Part shown: piece after piece, positions 1 through 9,843 of the stretch | Layout: every line of letters begins with the position of its first letter | Numbering within the stretch: the stretch's first letter is position 1 | NCBI GenBank assembly: GCA_963778655.1 | Contig: CAVZVA010000011.1 | Coordinates: forward strand, 416,001-480,000 | Direction of reading: 5' to 3' | Length of the DNA: 64,000 nt | Source: an uncultured delta proteobacterium | Lineage (GTDB): Bacteria; Myxococcota_A; Polyangia; Polyangiales; JAFGIB01 | The notes under the pieces: generated by a model | What the model saw: the letters and a program-made list of their open reading frames with translations, nothing else | Told to the model about the DNA's origin: nothing | The model's database searches: none | Position numbers and translations under genes: made by a program

Positions 1-150
1 CAGCAGCGCGCTCTGCTCGCCGCACGCGACCAGCTCGCGCGCCATGCTGGTGACCATGCACGCGCCGGCGGCGCCCAAGGGATGGCCGATCGCGATCGAG
101 CGGCCGTGGACGTTGAGCCGCTCCGGATCGGTCTCGGGACCGCTTGTCAT
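1..150 (-). pseudogene. Thiolase (acetyl-CoA acyltransferase) C-terminal remnant, runs off the window edge
   Basis: Manual translation from ATG at 150 gives MTSGPETDPERLNVHGRSIAIGHPLGAAGACMV, the thiolase NxxGGxIAxGHP motif. An in-frame TAG at 187-189 upstream means the N-terminal part of the enzyme is missing. Confidence 0.7.
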
Positions 151-195
151 TCTTCCCGTCTTCCTGTTGATCTGATCCGGCGCGGCCTACGCGCG

Positions 196-1623
196 CTACG
201 CGCCCAGCAGCGAGCCGCCGCACACGCGCAGCACCTGCCCGGTCACGCCCGCGGCGCCGGGCAGCGCCAGGAACGCGACAGCGCGCGCCACGTCTTCCGG
301 CAGCCCGCCCTGTCCCAGCGCGGAAAGACGCCGTCCCACCTCCCGGACCAGCAGCGGCAGGGCTGCGGTCATGCGCGTCTCGATGAAGCCCGGCGCCACC
401 GCGTTGACTGTGATGCCGCGAGGCGCGAGCCGCTCGGCCAGGTGCTGGGTGAAGCCGATGATGCCGGCCTTGCTCGCCGCGTAGTTGGTCTGTCCGGCGT
501 TGCCCGCGATGCCGGCGATCGACGACAGGCTGAGCACGCGGCCGCCGTCACGCAACACGCCCTCGTCGAGCAGCGCGGCGGTGACGCGCAGCACCGCCTG
601 CAGGTTCAAGCCGATCACCTGGTCCCACAACAGCTCGCTCATGCACGCGAGCGTGCGGTCGCGGGTGATGCCGGCGTTGTGGACCACGATGTCCACGCCT
701 CCGTGCGCCTCGCGCAGGTGCGCGCAGATGCGTCGCGGCGCGTTCTCGGTCGTGACGTCGCACAGCAGCAGCGAGCCGCCGACGTCGCGTGCGACCAGGC
801 TGAGCGCCGCGTCGTTGTCGGGACGGTCGAGGCACACCACGTGCGCGCCCTCCACCGCGAGCACGCGCGCGATCGCCTCGCCGATGCCGCGCGCGGCGCC
901 GGTCACCAGCGCGACCTTGCCCGCGAGCGGCTGGGTCCACGGATCGTCGCCGTCCCAGCGCACGCGCGCCGACACCTGCAGCGGCTGTGCGGTGACGAAC
1001 GCGGAGGCCTCCGACAGCAGGAAGCGCAACGGCGCCGAAAGCCTCTCCTCGGCCCCTTCCTCGACGTAGAGCAGATTCGAGCAGGCCGCCTTGCCGCCGA
1101 TCTCCTTGGCCACGCTGCGGTTGAATCCGTCGAGCGCAGCGCGCGCCGCGGCCTCCTGCATCGAGGGCGCGGACTCGGGCGGCCGCCCCAACAGCAGCGT
1201 GCGGCCGTGGCGGCGCAGCGCGTGAAGCCACGCGTGGTACACCTCCCACAAGCCCTTGAGCTCCGCAGGGCCGCCGAAGCGCGTCGCATCCAGCACCAGC
1301 GCGTGCAGCGTCTCGGCCTCGTGCTCGGCGGGCGCGACCAGCTTGGGCTGGCGGCCGTAAGCCTCGCAGGGGCCGGCGAACGCGGACAGCAGCGCGCTCG
1401 AGGCGAGCCAGGGGTTGGCGCCCGCGCAGGTGAGCGTGCGCGCCAGCGCCGCGGCCAGCGCACCCTCCCCCGCAAACAGCACGTCGCGGTCCTGCAGCGG
1501 CCGCGGCAGGCCCGGCCCGTCCAGCCGCTCGAGCTTCTCGGGCAAGGAGATGGGCAGCTTCGCGCGCGCCGCCAGGTTGCGAGCCATCGGATGTTGACTG
1601 AGTCGCAGGATCACGTCCGTCAT
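196..1623 (-). CDS. fabG: 3-oxoacyl-ACP/CoA reductase, high-molecular-weight FabG4-like SDR
   Basis: C-terminal SDR domain with TGAARGIG, HNAGITRD and YAASK; N-terminal extra domain. Start set at MTDVIL (ATG 1623), which overlaps the upstream stop as ATGA. Confidence 0.9.
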   Translation of the reverse strand: MTDVILRLSQHPMARNLAARAKLPISLPEKLERLDGPGLPRPLQDRDVLFAGEGALAAALARTLTCAGANPWLASSALLSAFAGPCEAYGRQPKLVAPAEHEAETLHALVLDATRFGGPAELKGLWEVYHAWLHALRRHGRTLLLGRPPESAPSMQEAAARAALDGFNRSVAKEIGGKAACSNLLYVEEGAEERLSAPLRFLLSEASAFVTAQPLQVSARVRWDGDDPWTQPLAGKVALVTGAARGIGEAIARVLAVEGAHVVCLDRPDNDAALSLVARDVGGSLLLCDVTTENAPRRICAHLREAHGGVDIVVHNAGITRDRTLACMSELLWDQVIGLNLQAVLRVTAALLDEGVLRDGGRVLSLSSIAGIAGNAGQTNYAASKAGIIGFTQHLAERLAPRGITVNAVAPGFIETRMTAALPLLVREVGRRLSALGQGGLPEDVARAVAFLALPGAAGVTGQVLRVCGGSLLGA

Positions 1624-1829
1624 GAGCCGTCTCCACGCATGGCAAAGGTTCCAGTCAAATAGGCGGGGCCGCCCGCCGCGCCGGCCACGAACAGCTCGGG
1701 GCCGGGAGTGACCGGCACGGACCCGCCAGTGCGGCCGCCCAAGCCCTGTTGCAGCGCCTTCAACGCTGTGCGCCCGAGCGCGCCGACCACCGCGCCTGGC
1801 CGCAAGATGTAGCGATTGGGAACGCGCAT
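1620..1829 (-). pseudogene. 69-aa ORF, probably an internally deleted MaoC/HtdX-like dehydratase
   Basis: MRVPNRYILRPGAVVGALGRTAL...PGPE is joined directly to LFVAGAAGGPAYLTGTF. The ORF is coupled to fabG (ATGA) and sits where a dehydratase is expected beside FabG4. The family call is from recall only. Confidence 0.4.
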
Positions 1830-2003
1830 CGAGGCTCCTGTCACTCGGGAGGGGCACGCGCCCCGCCCGCCCCCTCGTTTCGCTCCCGCATCGAGCGAAG
1901 CGTGATCGGGCTTGCGAACGGACATATCTAGTAAACGCCTGCGATCCAATTACCATCCGCAGGCGGCTTTCAACGGCGCGAGCTCGACCGTGCCGGAGGA
2001 CAC

Positions 2004-3320
2004 ATGAGCTTCAATCCCATCGGGCCGGCGCTCTCGGCGCTGAACAAGATCGCGGGCAGCGAGCTGCTGCACAAGCTGGGACTGCAGCGGCCGGCCCAGA
2101 AGGTGGCCTATCACGCCACCAAGGAAGGCTTCCGCGCGGCGAGCAGCGCGGGACGCCGGCTCAAGGCTGTACGAAAGCTGCTCAAGCCGGAACGGCTCGG
2201 AGCGCCCCAGCGCAACAGCGATCTGTTCGACCTCACACCGAGCGAGGAGCAGCAGATGGCGTGTGAGATGGCGCAGCGCTTCGCCCGCGAGGTCATGCGC
2301 GAAGCGGCCGCCGGGGCCAACGACGCGTGCGCGCCCCCCGAAGGCTTCGCCGAAAAGTTCGCCGAGCTGGGGCTTGCTCAGCTGGTGGTGCCCGAAGCGC
2401 TCGGCGGCGCGGCAACGGAGAGCGCCACGCTCACGCTTTCGTTGGTGGCCGAGGAGCTGGCGCACGGCGACATGGGGCTGGCACTGGCCGCGCTGGCGCC
2501 GCTGGCGGTGGCCAGCGCGCTCGCGCGCTGGGGCTCGGCTGAGCAGCAGGCCACGCTGCTGGCGGCGTTCGCGGGCGACGACCCGCCGCGCTGCGCGCTG
2601 GCGCTGGCCGAAGCGCGGCCCGCGTTCGATCCGCGCGACCTGCGCACCCACGCGCGGCAGGACGCGGACGGCTTCCTGCTCGATGGCGAGAAGGCGCTGG
2701 TGCCGCTGGGCGAGCAGGCCGAGCTGCTGCTGGTGGCGGCGGACCTGCTGGGCCACGGCCCCCAGCTCTTCCTGGTCGAGGCCGGCACTCCGGGGCTGAG
2801 CGTCCGGCCCGAGCCGGCCATGGGCCTGCGCGCGGCCGCGCTGGCCGGCGTGCGCCTGCAGCAGGTGCGGCTGCCGCCTTCGGCGCTGCTGGGCGAGGGC
2901 GCGTCCGCGTTCGACTACAGCGAGCTGCTCAGCTGCTGCTCGCTCGGCTGGTGCGCGCTCGCGGTCGGCTGCGCCCAGGCGGCGCTCGACTATGTGATCC
3001 CGTATTGCAACGAGCGTAAGGCCTTCGGCGAGCCGATCAGCCACCGCCAGGCGGTGGCGTTCCTGATCGCCGACATCGGCGTCGAGCTCGAAGGCATGCG
3101 CCTGCTCAGCTGGCGCGCGGCCAGCCGCGCCGAGCATGGGCTGCCGTTCGCGCGCGAGGCCTACCTGGCGCGCGTGCTGTGCGCGGACAAGGGCATGCAG
3201 ATCGGCACCAACGCGGTGCAGTTGCTGGGCGGGCATGGCTTCACCAAGGCGCACCCGGTCGAGCGCTGGTATCGCGACCTGCGGGCGATCGGGCTGATGG
3301 AAGGCGGCATGCTGCTGTAG
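2004..3320 (+). CDS. Acyl-CoA dehydrogenase (FadE24-like partner subunit)
   Basis: ERKAFGEPISHRQAVAF and QLLGGHGF...PVERWYRD motifs; GGAGG SD upstream. Confidence 0.9.
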   Translation: MSFNPIGPALSALNKIAGSELLHKLGLQRPAQKVAYHATKEGFRAASSAGRRLKAVRKLLKPERLGAPQRNSDLFDLTPSEEQQMACEMAQRFAREVMREAAAGANDACAPPEGFAEKFAELGLAQLVVPEALGGAATESATLTLSLVAEELAHGDMGLALAALAPLAVASALARWGSAEQQATLLAAFAGDDPPRCALALAEARPAFDPRDLRTHARQDADGFLLDGEKALVPLGEQAELLLVAADLLGHGPQLFLVEAGTPGLSVRPEPAMGLRAAALAGVRLQQVRLPPSALLGEGASAFDYSELLSCCSLGWCALAVGCAQAALDYVIPYCNERKAFGEPISHRQAVAFLIADIGVELEGMRLLSWRAASRAEHGLPFAREAYLARVLCADKGMQIGTNAVQLLGGHGFTKAHPVERWYRDLRAIGLMEGGMLL

Positions 3321-3351
3321 GGCAGCGGCATAGAGGGCGACGGCGCAAACC

Positions 3352-4566
3352 ATGTATCTGGAGATTCCGAGCAAGCTCAAGGGTCTGGTCGAGCAGGCAC
3401 ACCAGGTCGCGCAGCAGGTGTTCCGCCCCATCTCGCGCAAGTACGACCTGGCCGAGCACGCTTATCCCAAGGAGCTCGACATGCTGGCGGCGGTGATGGA
3501 CGGCATGAACGAGGGCGACCGCTCGATCGGCGCCGGCGCCGGTCAGCTCAAGCAGGAGCGCAAGGCGCGCCGCGAAAACGGTGGCGTGCGCAACGGCACC
3601 AACATGTCGACCGTGCTGGGCCTCACCGAGCTGTGCTGGGGCGACGTGGGCCTGGCGCTGACCATTCCGCGCCAGGGCCTGGGCAACGCCGCAATCGCCG
3701 CGGTCGCGAACGAGCAGCAGCTCGAGCGCTTCAAGGGCCGCTGGGCGGCGATGGCGATCACCGAGCCGGGCGCCGGCAGCGACTCGGCCGCGATCCGCAC
3801 CAGCGCGCGCAAGGACGGCGACTGCTACGTGCTCAACGGCGAGAAGATCTTCGTGACCGCCGGCGAGCGCTGCGACGCGGTGGTGGTGTGGGCGACGCTC
3901 GATCCGAGCCTGGGGCGTGCGGCGATCAAGAGCTTCGTGGTCGAGAAGGGCACGCCCGGAATGCAGGTCGCGCGGCTTGAGCACAAGCTCGGCATCAAGG
4001 CCTCGGACACCGCCACCCTGGTGCTCAGCGACTGCCGCGTGCCCGCGGAAAACCTGCTGGGCAGCCCCGAGGTGGACGTGCAGCAGGGCTTTGCGGGCGT
4101 GATGCAGACCTTCGACAACACGCGGCCGGTGGTGGCGGCGATGGGTGTGGGGGTGGCGCGCGCCGCCCTGGAAAAGGCCCGCGAGTTGCTGCAGGCCCAA
4201 GGCTACCGCGCCGAGTACGACCGCGGCCTGTGGACCAGCAGCGCGCTCGAGGCCGAGCTCTACCGCATGGAGGCCGACCTGGAGGCCGCGCGCCTGCTGA
4301 CGATCAAGGCCGCGTGGATGGCCGACAACGGTCAGCCTAACTCCAAGGAGGCGTCGATGGCCAAAGCCAAGGCGGGCCGCACCGCGAATGCCATCACCCT
4401 GCGTTGCGCGGAGATCTGCGGCGTCCTCGGCTACGCCGAGAGCGAGCTGCTGGAGAAATGGGCGCGCGATTCGAAGATCCTCGACATCTTCGAGGGCACG
4501 CAGCAGATCCAGCTGCTGATCATCGCGCGCCGCCTGCTGGAGAAGAGCTCGGCCGAGCTGAGGTAG
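3352..4566 (+). CDS. Acyl-CoA dehydrogenase (FadE23-like)
   Basis: AMAITEPGAGSD, NGEKIFVT, KLGIKASDT and IFEGTQQIQ motifs. Confidence 0.92.
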   Translation: MYLEIPSKLKGLVEQAHQVAQQVFRPISRKYDLAEHAYPKELDMLAAVMDGMNEGDRSIGAGAGQLKQERKARRENGGVRNGTNMSTVLGLTELCWGDVGLALTIPRQGLGNAAIAAVANEQQLERFKGRWAAMAITEPGAGSDSAAIRTSARKDGDCYVLNGEKIFVTAGERCDAVVVWATLDPSLGRAAIKSFVVEKGTPGMQVARLEHKLGIKASDTATLVLSDCRVPAENLLGSPEVDVQQGFAGVMQTFDNTRPVVAAMGVGVARAALEKARELLQAQGYRAEYDRGLWTSSALEAELYRMEADLEAARLLTIKAAWMADNGQPNSKEASMAKAKAGRTANAITLRCAEICGVLGYAESELLEKWARDSKILDIFEGTQQIQLLIIARRLLEKSSAELR

Positions 4567-4599
4567 GCGCATCGTGGCCGGGACGCTATCATCGACGCC

Positions 4600-6126
4600 G
4601 TGAGCCACGATCGGCACGGCATCGAGCGCAGCGAGGCTTTCTACCGCGCGCTGTTCGAGGTCAACACGGCGATCAAGCTGCTGATCTCGCCCACCAGCGG
4701 GCGCATCGTCGACGCCAACAGCGCCGCGGTGGAGTTCTACGGCTGGCCGCTCGAGACCCTGCGCAGCATGCACATCACCGACATCAACCTGCTCACTTCC
4801 GAAGAGGTGCAGGCGGAAATGGAGAACGCGCGCAGCGGGCGCCGCCGCTACTTTCGCTTCCGTCATCGCACCGCCAGCGGCGCCGTGCGTCACGTGGAGG
4901 TGCACTCGGGGCCGGTCGAAATCGACTCGGAGTCGCTGCTGCTGTCGATCGTACACGACGTCACCGAGCGCGACGCGCTCGAGGAGCAACTGCGGCGCTC
5001 GCAGCGGCTCGAAGCGGTGGGCCAGCTCGCCGGCGGGCTCGCCCACGACTTCAACAACCTGCTGACGGTCATGATGAGCTGCACCGAGCTGGTGGCCCGG
5101 AGCCTGCCCGCGGGCTCGCCGCTGCGGCCGCACCTGGACGATCTGAAGCACGCGGGCCGGCGCGCCGCCGATCTGACGCGCGACCTGCTGGCCTTCAGCC
5201 GCCGCCAGCGCATGCAGCCGGTAGCGGTGGATCTGGGCGCGGTGCTCGAGCGCATGCAGCGGCTGTTGCGCAGCACGCTGGGTGGCGGCGTGGGCGTCGA
5301 GCAGCGCCTGGCGCCCGATCTCCCGTGCACCCGCGTAGACCCGAGCCAGATCGAGCAGGTGGTGATGAACCTCGCGCTCAACGCGCGCGACGCCCTGAGC
5401 GGCCAGGGCGGACGGATCGTGCTGCAAACCCGCAGCGCCGAGATCGCGCCGGGCGAATCCACCGAGGTGCCGGCGGGGCGCTGGGTCGTGCTCGACGTGA
5501 TCGACGAGGGACGGGGTATGGACGAGGCGACGCGACAGCGCGTGTTCGAGCCGTTCTTCACCACCAAGGAGCCCGGCAAGGGCACCGGCCTCGGGCTGTC
5601 GACGGTGTACGGCATCGTCACGCAGAGCGGCGGCAGCGTCAGTGTGCGCAGCGCGCCGGGCCGGGGCACCACGTTCAGTGTCTATTTGCCGCTGTCGGCG
5701 GACACGCGGCCGGCTGCTCCCGAGCCCGTGGCGCCGACGCCGGCGCGAGCGCCGGTCCATGCTTGCGTGCTGCTGGTCGAGGACATGGACGAGGTGCGCG
5801 AGGTGCTCGCGCTGGGCCTGCGCGGCGCCGGCTTCGACGTGGTGCAGGCGGCCAGCGCCGAGCAGGCGCTGGCCTTGCCGGCGCACGTGCTGGAGGCGCT
5901 CGGCGCCGTGGTGAGCGATGTGGTGATGCCCGGCCGCTCGGGCGTCGAGCTGATTGAGCAGCTGCTCGCACGCAGGCCGCGGCTGCGGGCGCTGCTGATT
6001 TCGGGCGACCTGCGGCAGCACGACGCCAGCGGCCTGCCTGCACACGTGCGCTTCCTGCAGAAGCCCTTCACCGGCCAGCAACTCGCAGCCGAGGTGCAGG
6101 TGCTGCTGGCGGGGCGCCGGGATTGA
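4600..6126 (+). CDS. PAS-domain hybrid sensor histidine kinase / response regulator
   Basis: PAS, H-box AHDFNNLL, NLALNARDA, FEPFFTTK, GTGLGL and a C-terminal receiver (SDVVMP, KPF). Confidence 0.93.
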   Translation: MSHDRHGIERSEAFYRALFEVNTAIKLLISPTSGRIVDANSAAVEFYGWPLETLRSMHITDINLLTSEEVQAEMENARSGRRRYFRFRHRTASGAVRHVEVHSGPVEIDSESLLLSIVHDVTERDALEEQLRRSQRLEAVGQLAGGLAHDFNNLLTVMMSCTELVARSLPAGSPLRPHLDDLKHAGRRAADLTRDLLAFSRRQRMQPVAVDLGAVLERMQRLLRSTLGGGVGVEQRLAPDLPCTRVDPSQIEQVVMNLALNARDALSGQGGRIVLQTRSAEIAPGESTEVPAGRWVVLDVIDEGRGMDEATRQRVFEPFFTTKEPGKGTGLGLSTVYGIVTQSGGSVSVRSAPGRGTTFSVYLPLSADTRPAAPEPVAPTPARAPVHACVLLVEDMDEVREVLALGLRGAGFDVVQAASAEQALALPAHVLEALGAVVSDVVMPGRSGVELIEQLLARRPRLRALLISGDLRQHDASGLPAHVRFLQKPFTGQQLAAEVQVLLAGRRD

Positions 6127-6133
6127 GAATCAG

Positions 6134-6187
6134 CAGGAAGGCGGGCAGCGCGGCTCATGCCCTACTTCCCGTCTTCCCGCCTTCCTG
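6134..6187. repeat. Inverted repeat of the GAAGACGGG (REP-like) family, between convergent genes
   Basis: caggaaggcggg ... cccgccttcctg arms. Confidence 0.7.
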
Positions 6188-6209
6188 TGGAATCCCTTCG
6201 CGACGCGGG

Positions 6210-7265
6210 CTACCCCCTCGGCGAGACGATGCGCACCTTGCGGCTGCCCAGCACTTGGCCGCTGAGCGTCTCGACACTGCAGGTGTAGACGCCCGACGGG
6301 CGGCTGCCGAAGTGGTCGATGCGTGAATAGGTGCGAAAGCCCGCGCTGCGGCCGCCGCGGATCGAGAGCTCGATGCGCGCGCGCAGCGCGCCGTCGTAAC
6401 GCCACACGTGAAACAGCCGATCCTTGACACCCAACGGAGAGGCGATCGCGCTGGCGCAGAACAACCGCGCGGGCGCGTGGTCCAGCCGCTCGACCGCGTC
6501 GGCCACCCACCTGCCCTGCATCCGCGTGCCGATCTCGATCTTGACCAGGCGCAGCGGCGCCGCCGGCACCATGCGCGCAGCGCCGAGCTCGAGCGCCGCC
6601 GGCAAGCACAGCCCGGCGGCCAGCGCGACCGCGCACGCGCGCAGGCGGCGCCCGGCGGGCGCCGTGATCGCCGCGGTCACGGTCACGCCCGCGGCGGCGG
6701 TCAGCGCCGCGACGCGCAGGCTCGCGCGCGTCGACAAGCCGAGCCCGGGCAGCACCGCATTGAGCGCCACGAAGCTCGAGATCGCAGGCAGCAGCGGTGC
6801 GAGCCACGGCCGCGTCAGCAGCCGCTCGGTCAACGGATCCCATAAACAGACCGCGCACAGCAGCCCGAGCCCGGCGAGGAACGCCACGTGACCGAGCTCG
6901 AAGCTGGCGGCGCGGACGTAGAACGGCAGCGCGAAGAACAAGCCGAGCTGCAGCGCCGATTGTGTGGCCAGCAGCGAGGAGCGGCGGGCGAGGCCGAGCA
7001 GACGGCTCACAGGTGCGCCGCCGCGCGCAGCCTGCAGGCGCGAAAGCCCGTGCAGCAACAGCAGCGTCAGCCACAGCGCCACCGCGGCCACCGCGACCAG
7101 CGCCGCGCGTCGAGGGCCACGGTTCATGCTGATCGCGCTCGCCACCCCGAGCGCCAGCGACAGCCAGGGCTGCAGCGCGCGCCAGCGCGCCGCACGCGAC
7201 GGCTCGGCCGCGGCAGGCTCGCCGGCGATTGCGCGATCGGACGGCACCTCCGGAGATTCCCGCAA
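6210..7265 (-). CDS. Membrane protein with C-terminal DUF2914-like domain
   Basis: Several TM segments, then IASPLGVKDRLFHVW...GGRSAGFRTYS...VETLSGQVLG. Confidence 0.7.
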   Translation of the reverse strand: MRESPEVPSDRAIAGEPAAAEPSRAARWRALQPWLSLALGVASAISMNRGPRRAALVAVAAVALWLTLLLLHGLSRLQAARGGAPVSRLLGLARRSSLLATQSALQLGLFFALPFYVRAASFELGHVAFLAGLGLLCAVCLWDPLTERLLTRPWLAPLLPAISSFVALNAVLPGLGLSTRASLRVAALTAAAGVTVTAAITAPAGRRLRACAVALAAGLCLPAALELGAARMVPAAPLRLVKIEIGTRMQGRWVADAVERLDHAPARLFCASAIASPLGVKDRLFHVWRYDGALRARIELSIRGGRSAGFRTYSRIDHFGSRPSGVYTCSVETLSGQVLGSRKVRIVSPRG

Positions 7266-7340
7266 TTGGCGCAGGGTTCAAACCGGCTGCGAGAGCGCCG
7301 CGGCCTTGCCTGCCCGCCATGCGCGGGTACGCTGAAAGCC

Positions 7341-7911
7341 ATGCGGAGGGGTTCGCGACTCCGGTGGGCAGGTTTGCTCGTGGCCGTCGCGGTCGCGCTT
7401 GCATGTCGCGGCCCGGCGCGGGCCCAGCACAAACAGGGGGCCGCCATGAAGATCGAATCGCCGGCGTTCTCGCCAATGGGAGAGATCCCGCGCAAGTACA
7501 CCTGCGAGGGTCAGGACACACCGCCGCCGCTGATCTTCAGCCACCTGCCGCACGAGGCCAAGAGCCTGGCGCTCATCATCGACGATCCCGATGCACCCGA
7601 TCCCAAAGCCCCCAAAATGACCTGGGTGCACTGGGTGGTGTTCAACATCCCGACCTTCGCGCCCGGGCTGCCGGAAGGCGGCACGCCCTTGCCCGCGGGC
7701 ACGCGCCAAGGTCTCAACGACTGGAAGCGCGCGTCCTACGGCGGACCCTGTCCGCCGATCGGCCGCCACCGCTACTTCCACAAGCTCTACGCGCTCGACA
7801 CCGAGCTCGAATCTCGCGCACCCGACCAAGGCCGAGCTGGAGGCGGCGATGGCCGGCCACATCCTGGCCGAGGCCGAGCTGGTCGGCACCTACGCCAAGC
7901 AGAAGAAGTAG
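7341..7911 (+). CDS. YbhB/YbcL (PEBP/Raf kinase inhibitor-like) protein, frameshifted near 7810
   Basis: DDPDAP, WVHWVVFNIP and GPCPPIGRHRYFHKLYALD motifs. The natural C-terminus (NLAHPTKAELEAAMAGHILAEAELVGTY) continues in another frame to TAG at 7911. Confidence 0.85.
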
Positions 7912-7918
7912 CCCGGGG

Positions 7919-8518
7919 CTACAGCAGCCCGCTGATGTGCGAGCTGCGGGGCAGGAACTCCAGGTGCAGCCGGTCGGTGAGCCCGACGTTGTGGAGGCTC
8001 TGACCGGGACGCGGGGGCTCGGGGCGCTCGGACTTGTGCAGCCCGCCGAACTCCTTGGGACGCGCCACCACGACCGGCACGTGCGCAATCCGCACCAGCT
8101 CCTCGGCAACCGAGCCGAGCAGCAGCTTTTCCATACCCTTGCGCCCGTGGGTGCCGACCACGATCATGTCGGCGTCGACATCCACGGCGACCTGATGGAT
8201 GGCCTTGGCAGGCTCGCCGATGCGGATGTGAAACACCGTCTCGACGGTAAAGGGCTGCCCGCCGCTCGGTGGCGCGCACACACTCGTGACATGATCCCGC
8301 AGCGCATCCAGCTTGGGGCGCAGACTGCGCGAGATCTCCTCGAGCCTCTTGGCGTCGTGCATGTCCGCCTCGGCCCGGATCACGTAGGTGACGTGGAGCT
8401 CGCTGTTCGCCAACTTCCGGGCTAGTGCGACCGCCTCGCGCAGGGCATGGTCCCCGGTTTCGGACAGGTCCGCGCCCACCACGATCCGGGTCTTGTCGTT
8501 GTCGCTGGCCTCGCTCAT
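7919..8518 (-). CDS. Universal stress protein
   Basis: IVVGADLSE and DMIVVGTHGRKG...LLGSVAEELVR. Confidence 0.92.
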   Translation of the reverse strand: MSEASDNDKTRIVVGADLSETGDHALREAVALARKLANSELHVTYVIRAEADMHDAKRLEEISRSLRPKLDALRDHVTSVCAPPSGGQPFTVETVFHIRIGEPAKAIHQVAVDVDADMIVVGTHGRKGMEKLLLGSVAEELVRIAHVPVVVARPKEFGGLHKSERPEPPRPGQSLHNVGLTDRLHLEFLPRSSHISGLL

Positions 8519-8642
8519 GGGATCCTCCGCGTCTCAGTTGCCGCTGACCGACAAATACACACGGTATGCGCAAACGCAACTGCCCCCAAGCGGCGTCTCC
8601 CGCGATCCCCTGAAGCGGGCACACGCGGCCCTGCCGCCAGGC

Positions 8643-9620
8643 TCAAAGCAGCTCGCACAGGGCGCGCTCCGGCCTTGCGCCGAAGTGAGAGATCACCTCG
8701 GCCGCGCAGGCGGCGCCCAAGCTCCCGCACTCGGCGGGGCCGAGACCGTGGGTATAGCCATAGAGGAAGCCCGCGGCGTACAGATCGCCGGCGCCGGTGG
8801 TGTCGGCCACCTCCGCCACGGGCACGGCCGCGACCGCGAAGGTCTCGTGGCCGACCAACACCACCGAGCCCTTCTCGCTCAGCGTGAGCGCGATCAGCTC
8901 GCAGCGCCCGCGCACGGCCGCCATCGCATCCTCGATGTGCGGCGCCTGATACAGCGAGCAGATCTCGTGCTCGTTGGCAAACAGGATGTCGACGTGCTGG
9001 TCGACCAGCTCCAGCAGCTCGCCGCGGTGGCGCTCCACGCAAAACGGGTCGGACAGGGAGAGCGAGACCTTGCGGCCGGCCTTCTCCGCGATCCGACAGG
9101 CCTTGAGGAAGGCCTCCTTGGCCCCCGCCGGATCCCACAGGTAGCCCTCCATGTACGTGACCTGGCTGCTGCGGACCAGCGCCTCGTCGATGTCCTCGGG
9201 TCCGAGCTCGCGGCACGCGCCCAGAAACGTGCCCATCGTGCGCTGCGCGTCCGGCGTCACCAGAATCAAGCAGCGCGCCGTCGGCGGTCCGTGCCGCGAG
9301 GCGGCGGTCTCGAACGACACGCCCACCGCCTGCAGGTCGTGGCGGAACACCTCGCCCAGCTGATCGTCGCGCACCTTGCCGACGTAGGCCGCGCGGCCGC
9401 CGAGCGACGCGATGCCCGCCATGGTATTGGCCGCCGAGCCTCCCGAAATCTCGATGCCCGAGCCCATCGACGCGTACAGCTCGTCCGCGCGTGGCTCGTC
9501 GATCAGCGCCATCGTGCCCTTGGTGAGCCCGCTGCGCAGCAGCAGCGCCTCGTCGGCGTGGCACAGCACGTCGACGATCGCATTGCCGATCCCGGTGACG
9601 TCGATGGAGGCCCCGGCCAT
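8643..9620 (-). CDS. Adenosine kinase (PfkB family)
   Basis: GIGNAIVD, SGGSAANT, EGYLWD and DTTGAGD motifs. Confidence 0.92.
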   Translation of the reverse strand: MAGASIDVTGIGNAIVDVLCHADEALLLRSGLTKGTMALIDEPRADELYASMGSGIEISGGSAANTMAGIASLGGRAAYVGKVRDDQLGEVFRHDLQAVGVSFETAASRHGPPTARCLILVTPDAQRTMGTFLGACRELGPEDIDEALVRSSQVTYMEGYLWDPAGAKEAFLKACRIAEKAGRKVSLSLSDPFCVERHRGELLELVDQHVDILFANEHEICSLYQAPHIEDAMAAVRGRCELIALTLSEKGSVVLVGHETFAVAAVPVAEVADTTGAGDLYAAGFLYGYTHGLGPAECGSLGAACAAEVISHFGARPERALCELL

Positions 9621-9624
9621 GGCC

Positions 9625-9843
9625 TCACTTGTGCCGGTAGACGATCATGCCGTGGCTGAGGTCGTAGGGGGACAGGGCCACGGTCACCCGGTCACCCAGG
9701 ATCACGCGGATGCGGTTCTTGCGCATGCGGCCGCTGAGCTGGGCCCGCACCACCGCTCCCGCGTCGGTCTTCACCTCGAACTGGCCGCCCGCGTAGACCT
9801 GTGTCACCACGCCGTCGAGCTGTACATGGTCGTCGCGAGTCAG
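9625..9843 (-). CDS. infA: Translation initiation factor IF-1, probable CTG start
   Basis: LSGRMRKNRIRVILGDRVTVALSPYDL. The frame extends to CTG-ACT-CGC-GAC-GAC, with GGAGG 5 nt upstream, giving 72 aa. Confidence 0.92.
   Translation of the reverse strand: MTRDDHVQLDGVVTQVYAGGQFEVKTDAGAVVRAQLSGRMRKNRIRVILGDRVTVALSPYDLSHGMIVYRHK

Noticed and set aside
3241..6081. 946-aa minus-strand ORF and many similar long antisense ORFs (e.g. 82-1662, 35360-37375)
   Set aside because: Shadow ORFs of high-GC genes; the opposite strand carries recognisable motifs.
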